Source: Marsupella aquatica
Taxonomy: Eukaryota; Plantae; Marchantiophyta
Length of the DNA stretch: 64,000 nucleotides
Direction of reading: 5' to 3'
Assembly: GCA_973895155.1 (NCBI GenBank)
Contig: OZ316893.1
Location: 11,858,359-11,922,358, forward strand
Under the pieces are notes generated by a model. It was not told the origin of the DNA and did not search any database. It was given only the letters and a program-made list of their open reading frames with translations. Positions 57,501 to 64,000 of the stretch are shown here, piece by piece (the first letter of the stretch is position 1; the number at the start of each line of letters is the position of its first letter). The position numbers and the translations under genes are program-made.

Positions 57501-57917
57501 TAAAGTGCTAGCGTGAAATTCAAACACAAAACCGGAAATCTTTCCCGCGACGTCGTGGTAACGTTCCTCACTCGAAAGAGACTTGACAGTCTCAATGATG
57601 CTATCGATGTCCTCATCGAGATAGCAGGTGGCAGCCGTTCCAGAAAACCTCTCCACATCCACGACAATCAAAGTTGATGTTTCCTTCGTTGTGATCAACA
57701 TGTTCACAACTTCGTCGCCCCGTCGAAATACATCGATGCGGCCGTAATTTACCCACCCTAATGCCCCCGATGGAAGCCCCTCAAATACACACAGCATTAG
57801 GAAGGGCTTCTTCCATGTTTCCGTCCCTAAGGAAATCGTCCAGGATGAGTTGTGGAAGTCCGTCAAAGGATGGCGCGAAAAGATGTCATCCACCAGCTCT
57901 TCCTGCGACATTGTCAT
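54551..57917 (-). CDS. ParB/Srx-like domain + beta-class N6A/N4C DNA methyltransferase fusion, 3 exons (57917-56088, 55997-55522, 55112-54551), 955 aa
   Basis: GT-AG junctions join the ORFs in frame (...FQTW|KDTTS...; ...NCV-W-VKDN...). MTase motifs occur in beta order: LALVDIPYG (motif IV, DPPY-like), CVWVKDN, YQKP (motif X), VLDICLGSGT (motif I), GRHCVAIEID. ParB-like core: QVRHIQP...PFVLLVD...YYVIGGNHS...LAWSHN. No stops in the spliced frame. Confidence 0.85.
55181..55477. mobile_element. 297-bp MITE (copy 2) inserted in intron 2 of the methyltransferase gene
   Basis: TIRs CTCGGGGGTTTCACT / AGTGAGACCCCTGAG; perfect 8-bp TSD TGAATAAC (55173-55180 and 55478-55485). Near-identical to 34106-34400. 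Confidence 0.93.
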
Positions 57918-58696
57918 GTTTTTGCCTGATCTTCAAACCTGAGAACATACCACAAAATCAGTCCACTTCAACCCCAACCTGCGAGACAAAGTGCCACAAA
58001 ACCAAGGAATGTGCCAACAAATGGCTACTAAAACCGTGTCCTTACGGATCTAACAACGCTCTCGGCCACCCCAGGACTCCTATCATGAATTCATGAAGGG
58101 AGTCTCCCTCTCGCTCCGACCTTCATGAATTCATGAAGGGAGTCTCCTCTCTCTTTGCTTGTACACCTCGGTGATGCAGAAGGGTATTTAAAATAGGGTT
58201 CGGAGGGGGGTGACGTGAAGAAATCACCCAGGGCCTAAATTACTACCTAAAACAGGGTCGAAATGAAGTGCGACCGCGACAACTCGCGACACGTTGCCGA
58301 TGAGTGCTGAAAATGGCACGAAATTGGATAGCGAGATTGTTTTTCACTCTTTTACAAAGGAAATCCAAATGACATTGAGTGAAAATGAATGGGCTGCCCC
58401 GTGTTCCTTGGTTATACATACTAATCACGGATCAGGCGCGACTTAGTAAAATTAACCCAGAATCATGATAAATCAATGTTTTTGGGCCAATTATTCATGA
58501 ATATTTCGGGGTATTAACGGGAAAAAGCTTGCAAATTTCATGAATATTTGATATTTTTGAAGTTAAAAAGTCCCAACAATCCGTGAAAAACTATAAATAG
58601 GCTCGTTTATTCATGACTCTTGGTCATTATTTTGAGAACATTTGTTAGATTTTACTGATTTTCTGAGTTTCTTGTCAATTTGCACTAGTTTTTCCA
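57918..58696. promoter_or_regulatory. Divergent intergenic/promoter region of the Sola element with duplicated palindrome and TATA-like boxes
   Basis: Lies between head-to-head genes. TCATGAATTCATGAAGGGAGTCTCC occurs twice (58083, 58123). CTATAAATAG at ~58591 is upstream of the transposase; TATTTAAAA at ~58185 reads as TTTTAAATA towards the MTase gene. Confidence 0.5.
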
Positions 58697-58833
58697 ATGG
58701 CGGCGTGTTACGAATCAGATGATTATTCAGATGGAGTTTCTGATGATGTTTCATTGCCGGATGGCCCCTGCACAGTGGTTGGCCCAGATATCCCTGGAAT
58801 AACTACTATTTTAGATATGCCACCCCCACCCCT

Positions 58834-61800
58834 ATGAGCAAGTTAAAACGTAGTCCTTTACGACTTGCAATTAGTGGGAAGAAATCATTGGTCGATGGTA
58901 AAGAGAGGTCAGGGAGCTCCTCTGACTCCTTGGAGAGTATTGGTCCCCCTGGACGTCAAGTTGTATCTCCTTTGTCACCAACAAAGGACAAATTGGGGAG
59001 TAATCTGGAAGGTTCAATGCCTATTTGGATGTCTGGGAAACGGTCTCATGAATTCATGAAGACTGGATTTGGAAAGACGAAGAAGGCACTAAGTGGGGAA
59101 AATGACAGAGATTTTTGCAGTCTGCAAAGTGTTCAGCGGCTGAAGCAAATGCCAAAAAGTAAAACCTTTGGTAAGCCAACGTCGGAAACATTTCACAGGG
59201 GGATGAGGGAAGAAACTAGACGACCAGTGTTATTGAAAAGTATTCCAGAAAAGAATTCTAATGTGCGTTCCTCAGTTTTACCTAGGAGTCATGGTGTTGG
59301 GGCAGGGAGCGGATCAAGTCACGGAAACTCAAACAGGGAAACCAACCTGGTGGAGAGGGACCCTAGGAAAATATTGAAAGGGTCCCTACACGGTAATGGA
59401 GGGATTTCTGAAATACGCCCAGGTATTCCAAGGGTGCATAGAGTGAAGGAAGAGCCTCCATCTCCGAAGGCTGCAGGTCTGGAATCTAGGCATGTTCAGA
59501 AGCAAATGTTGGTGACCATTTCATCATCGAATGAAAGCGAGTCTTCGGAGAGTGGGGAGGATGATGATGTTCCGGTGGCATCTAGTCGTTACAAACGTAC
59601 GAGCAACGCCACTTTGTGTGAAACAAAGTTGAAAGAGGAGGATATCAAGAAAACAAATAGTAAGTACTGTTGTCAGAGTCATTGTCTCCTAAGTCTATCT
59701 CCAAAAGAAATTCGTGAGGCGCGTTCTAAATTTTTGAGGCAGAAATCTCAGGATCGATCTTTATCTTTGCAGTGGCTTATAAAGCGAGACGGAAATGAAG
59801 GAGGGAGGCAGACTATATCTTACACGTTTGGTCAAAAGAGTATTTGTCGGAAAGCTTTCAAGCTTATATTTTGCGTTGGCAATCATAGATTAAATAGAAT
59901 TTTGAAATTAGACAACCAAGACTTAGGATATTCTAAACCAGTTGGACGCCCTCCATCTGTTAAAAGATTAGTCTTGGTCAGTTGGCTTAGGTCGTTTTTT
60001 GAGACACGCGTGGAAACATTGCCAAATAAAGAAGTTTCACATTTACCGGATAATTATTCAAAGCTGGAGGTATGGAAGATCTACGACTCCAACTATGCCA
60101 AGATTGATGAATCTTCAAAAATATCCTATCGACAATTCTTGAAAGTTTGGGTTCAAGAATTTGGTCATGTGAAGATTCCTCCAGTCAATCGATTCAGTGC
60201 TTGCGCGGATTGCGAGGAGTTCAAATCAATTCGGGACAAAGCTGTCTCGGAGACCGAAAAGAGTAAGTTGCTTACAAGTTTGACAAGTTTTTGTTTCAAG
60301 AATATGGCTTAACACATGATTTCTAATTTTTTTTTAAGAAACTAACAAGTTGTTTTTCCAGGGCGAGGGGAAATTATGTTACAAAAACATAGAGACCAAC
60401 AATCCAAAGAACGTGAGAAACTCGCGAAGCATCGTAAGAAATGTTTTTCAAATTCTGATAAATATTTGGGAGTTGTCATTGATGGGATGGATCAGAAGAA
60501 GACAAGGTTGCCTCATTGGCCGCGGCCCCCAAAATCGGTGGACGAAACATGTTTGATCCAAATGCACATTGTCGGATGCCTGGTTTTCAATGGTGCACTA
60601 TTTTCAAGAGTGTTTCTTAATTATCCTGTATTGCATAATGATGGAAACTTGACAGTCACAATCCTGCAAAGGGTGTTTCACGAATGGGAAGAAAAGCCTG
60701 GTGGCTTGCCGCCTGTTCTCTATCTTCAACTTGATAATACCAGTAGAGAAAATAAAAATAACTTACTCTTTGCCTATCTTCATATGTTGATTCGAAGAAA
60801 GGTTTTTCGGAAAATCAAACTAGGATTCTTGTTGGTTGGACACACACACGACCAAATAGATCAAATGTTCAGTCGATTTTCTAAACGACTAGCAAGGTTT
60901 AAGGCATTCACATACGAAAGCCTATGTGATATTATTTGTGAATCATATCAACCCCAACCAAATATCACTCTTTTAAAGGAAACATATGATTTCCGTCAAT
61001 ATGCCTTCTCAGATCCACCTTTAGTCATTGAAAGGATTCGAAATGTTACCTTCCACCACCAGTACAAATTTGCATTTGACAAGTTGGAAAATCAAGTTCC
61101 AACCCAATGGGGGAAGAAGTTTTCCACGGACTCAACTTGGAAACCTGACGGAGGCGTGAAATTTTTGAGGGAAGAGGAGCCAGAAAAGGTGATGGGTTGT
61201 GCTCCCGGATTACCCCTTTTCAAAAAGGGGGATAAGAACGTTACAAGGACTCAACCAAATATGTCTAGTTCTTCAAGAATGACTTTGAAGGAGATGGATG
61301 ATTCGTTAAATGAGATTCAAAAGGGAATACTTGCAGTTGAAACTTTATTCTCAGAAGAGGAAGTGAACTGGTGGAGAATGTTTTTTGAAGAGCAACGGGA
61401 ATTGAATAAATCTTTGCTCCTTGATCAAAGACCATTGATTTTCCCTTTTCAATGGCCACGCTCCCAAAGGGAGATTGCTGTTGCTGCTGAAGTTCCCAGA
61501 GTCCTTGTCAATGAAGAGGAAATTGAAGAGAGAGTATACGGACCTACCAGAGATATATACGTGGGTCCTTATCGGAATCAAGGAAAGATAGATGCAGAGA
61601 AGGAGAATATGGAAGGAGACTTTTCGGATCTTGAAGTCAACACTTATATTTCTGTTGCTGGAGAAGAATCGGAAACATTTTGGGTGGCCAAGGTGGAAAG
61701 AATTGACCAGCGCGACGAGTTCAACATTCCAAAAATGATTTATGTTTTATGGCATGCTCCAAAAACCGGGTCAGATCCTTGGAAAGCCAAGTACTTACCA

Positions 61801-62094
61801 GAAGTCTTAAACTACGAAAAGAAGAAAAGTGGTCGTGGGAAAGGAACTTTGAAACCAATATGGTTTCACCAAGAGCTTGATTTATCTTCAACGACTGTTT
61901 TTGCTTACAACTTCATGTTGACAAAATCTGATACATTGTACAAAAAGACAGTAGATCGAATCAAAATCCGATTGACTGAATTTTTGGCAGAAGAGAAAGA
62001 GCAAGAACAAGAGAATAGATCAACTACAACCCCGCTAGGAGATAAATCTAGGGATATTTCGTTTCAAGAATTGAGGACTTCTGGATCTGAGTAA
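58834..62094 (+). CDS. Sola1-like DDD transposase, 2 exons (58834-60262, 60362-62094), ~1053 aa; original start probably 58697 with a 1-bp frameshift
   Basis: 99-bp intron A|GTAAGT...ACTAAC...TTCCAG| keeps frame (ETEK-R-RGEIMLQKH). Cys motifs CCQSHC, ICRKAF and CADC. Catalytic-type motifs VIDGMDQ, YLQLDNTSRENKN and VGHTHDQIDQMFS. Located inside TIRs with a 4-bp TSD. Confidence 0.85.
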
Positions 62095-63830
62095 TGAAAA
62101 GTAGTTATTGTTTGTGACATTACCATTGAAAAACATGGATAACTTGAAAATTTACAAATTTTCAAAATGCCTTTACCACTTATTCATGAATTCATGGTTA
62201 AAGTTTCTTGAGAAATTTGTAGTTTAATATTATCTTAGTGGGTTGTGTTTCAATTCAATTAGATGGTGTCATTTCTATTCTCCTTGTCTTCTTTTCACAA
62301 TAATGTGTATCAGGTTAAGTTGTAGTAATTTATTTTCTGGTTTTTAAATGACAATGGCTTTTGGAGGTGATTTAGTTGTTGTTTCAAAAGACACCTCGTG
62401 TAATTGTGAGACCATTGTAGATAATAGTGTTGTATTTGAGATCATTTATTGGTGGAATGTAACTTCAGATGAATTTGGTCATTTTTAGGTGTCAAAACAT
62501 AGCTAGTTTATGTCATATTTTGTTCGCTCCATATTTTTGCTCTAAAATAGGTGCTAATTTTTGCACTTTTTTTGACTTTTTCGTTGTTTTTCTGATTTTT
62601 TGGCTAGAGTTCCTAAAGTATGGGCTTGTTACTCATCATTTAAGGCTTCTTGTTCACTTTGGAGACATGTTTTTGTGTTTACTTAAGGCATGATGCACCT
62701 TTGGAGTGATTTGCCAAAAGTGTCACCATGCATGCATACCATCACATTCGAAGGCAAATAAAAGTCATTTTTTGGTTCTCCAAGAGGTAGTGCTGCACCA
62801 ATGGAATGGGCAGGGGAGTTGTGCTTCTCAGTATGGTGTGGGTGCGGGTTTAGGGAAGAGGAATATTCCAACCTTGCAAGGAATCTAAAGTTGGCTCTCT
62901 TTGGAGGTACTAGGGCATGGTTGTGGTGCTTCCTTGTATGGTGTGTGTGAGTGGGTTTAGGGGTTTGCAAGGAATTTAGAGCTGGATCTCTTTTGAGGTC
63001 TAAGGACTTCATTGTGTCATTTGTGAACAATGGAGTGTCATAAATGCCAATTACTACAAATAGGGTCATTGAAACGGTCATTATATAGAATAGGTCAAAT
63101 GAGTGGACTTGTGGTCATTACATTGGTCCCTTGTGGAGTCATTTAGGAGAAGCTCAAATGATCAGTTTTGGGCTAGGGGCTAGAGGTGGGCCCTAGAGTG
63201 CCATGTGGCACTACATAGCGTTGGGAACCTATTTAGTGGGTGCAGGACACTCTACATACTATTCTTCATCCACTACTTGTGGCATAAACACTTTGGGATA
63301 TGGGGATTCTATTTCTAAACCCTAAACTTTTGCTTCATTGGGCCATTTGTGAACAACTCTAGGTCATAAATGCCAAATAATGACCTCCTAGAATGTGATT
63401 GTGATTATGATATGGGAGTACCAAATCACCCAAAATGGGGTCATTAGAGGATTCCCTCATGATGTCATTGAGGAAAGAGGTTATAATGACCAAACTGGGG
63501 CTAGGAGTAGAGGTGGGCCCTAGGGGATAACAAGGTTGTTGCAGGACAACAATGGAAAGGGTCTCTTTCTTCATTTCATTTGGGTTGATTGGTAATGGCT
63601 TATAAAATGTTTATGGCCCCTCCACACATATAGTTGTCGTATGGTGGAGTAAGCCTAAGTAACCTTATATGTTAGGGGTTCCAAACTTTTGTGTTACCCA
63701 ACAACTAGTCCCAAGTCATGGTACTCATCAAAAGGAGTATGGGACAAGAAACTTATCAACCGTTTGTACCACTACTTGCAGCACATGACTTCATTTTGGA
63801 GCCAATCATGCTTTTGACTGTCATAAGTGT

Positions 63831-63883
63831 CAATGACATGTATCTAAGTCATATCCACCAAATGACTTAGATACATGTCATTG
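63831..63883. repeat. Perfect 22-bp inverted repeat (9-nt loop) in the CACTA right subterminal region
   Basis: CAATGACATGTATCTAAGTCAT (63831-63852) and ATGACTTAGATACATGTCATTG (63862-63883). Confidence 0.9.
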
Positions 63884-64000
63884 GCACTTTAAGTCATATC
63901 CACCAAATGACACCAACAAGAGTCATTAGATACATGTGTTGGTGTCATTGAGGATCAGACACCAACAAAATAGGGCCTTAAATAGTATCATACAATTCTA

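Larger units (their letters stand above)
54230..62654. mobile_element. Sola1-like DNA transposon, 8425 bp, carrying a transposase and a ParB-like/DNA methyltransferase gene
   Basis: TIRs AACAAGAAGCCTTAAGGGATGAGT (54230-54253) and the reverse complement of 62631-62654, AACAAGAAGCCTTAAATGATGAGT (22/24). 4-bp TSD CACT at 54226-54229 and 62655-62658. The empty site ACATAAACACTTTGGA is visible in the neighbouring repeat unit (~53651). A 4-bp TSD fits the Sola superfamily. Confidence 0.9.
52142..64000. mobile_element. CACTA (En/Spm) element, left end; no CACTA transposase visible; right terminus lies beyond the window
   Basis: Begins CACTAGAAGAAAA at 52142 (compare the En/Spm TIR CACTACAAGAAAA) at an abrupt compositional change. 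Dense ATGAC/GTCAT subterminal motifs follow and reappear at 63780-63960. Predicted 3-bp TSD is GAG (52139-52141). Confidence 0.8.

Noticed and set aside
54551-57917. Bacterial contamination or a restriction-modification system
   Set aside because: The gene has GT-AG introns and a host MITE insertion, lies within nested plant transposons, and has no endonuclease partner.
53600-63300. Direct repeats flanking the two genes read as LTRs of a retroelement
   Set aside because: They are units of a CACTA-internal tandem array split by the Sola insertion. TIRs, a 4-bp TSD and the empty site explain them, and there is no RT, PBS or PPT.

Overview
Eukaryotic, land-plant-type genomic DNA (GT-AG introns, plant TE families; a bryophyte origin is plausible but inferred). 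One intact host gene is evident: an 11-exon GFAT/glmS on the minus strand (6048-10480). The rest is largely transposon-derived: L1 LINE remnants, a MULE/SWIM relic, Helitron 3' ends, a tRNA-derived SINE, several MITEs, a two-ORF PIF/Harbinger-superfamily element (36706-40357) and a CACTA element (from 52142, running off the window). The main finding is an 8.4 kb Sola1-like DNA transposon (54230-62654, 24-bp TIRs, 4-bp TSD CACT) nested in the CACTA. Besides its transposase it carries a divergently transcribed, spliced, open ~955 aa gene that fuses a ParB/Srx-like domain to a prokaryote-type beta-class amino (N6A/N4C) DNA methyltransferase. A palindromic TCATGAATTCATGA motif recurs through the element. 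All domain calls come from motif recognition by eye, not database searches.
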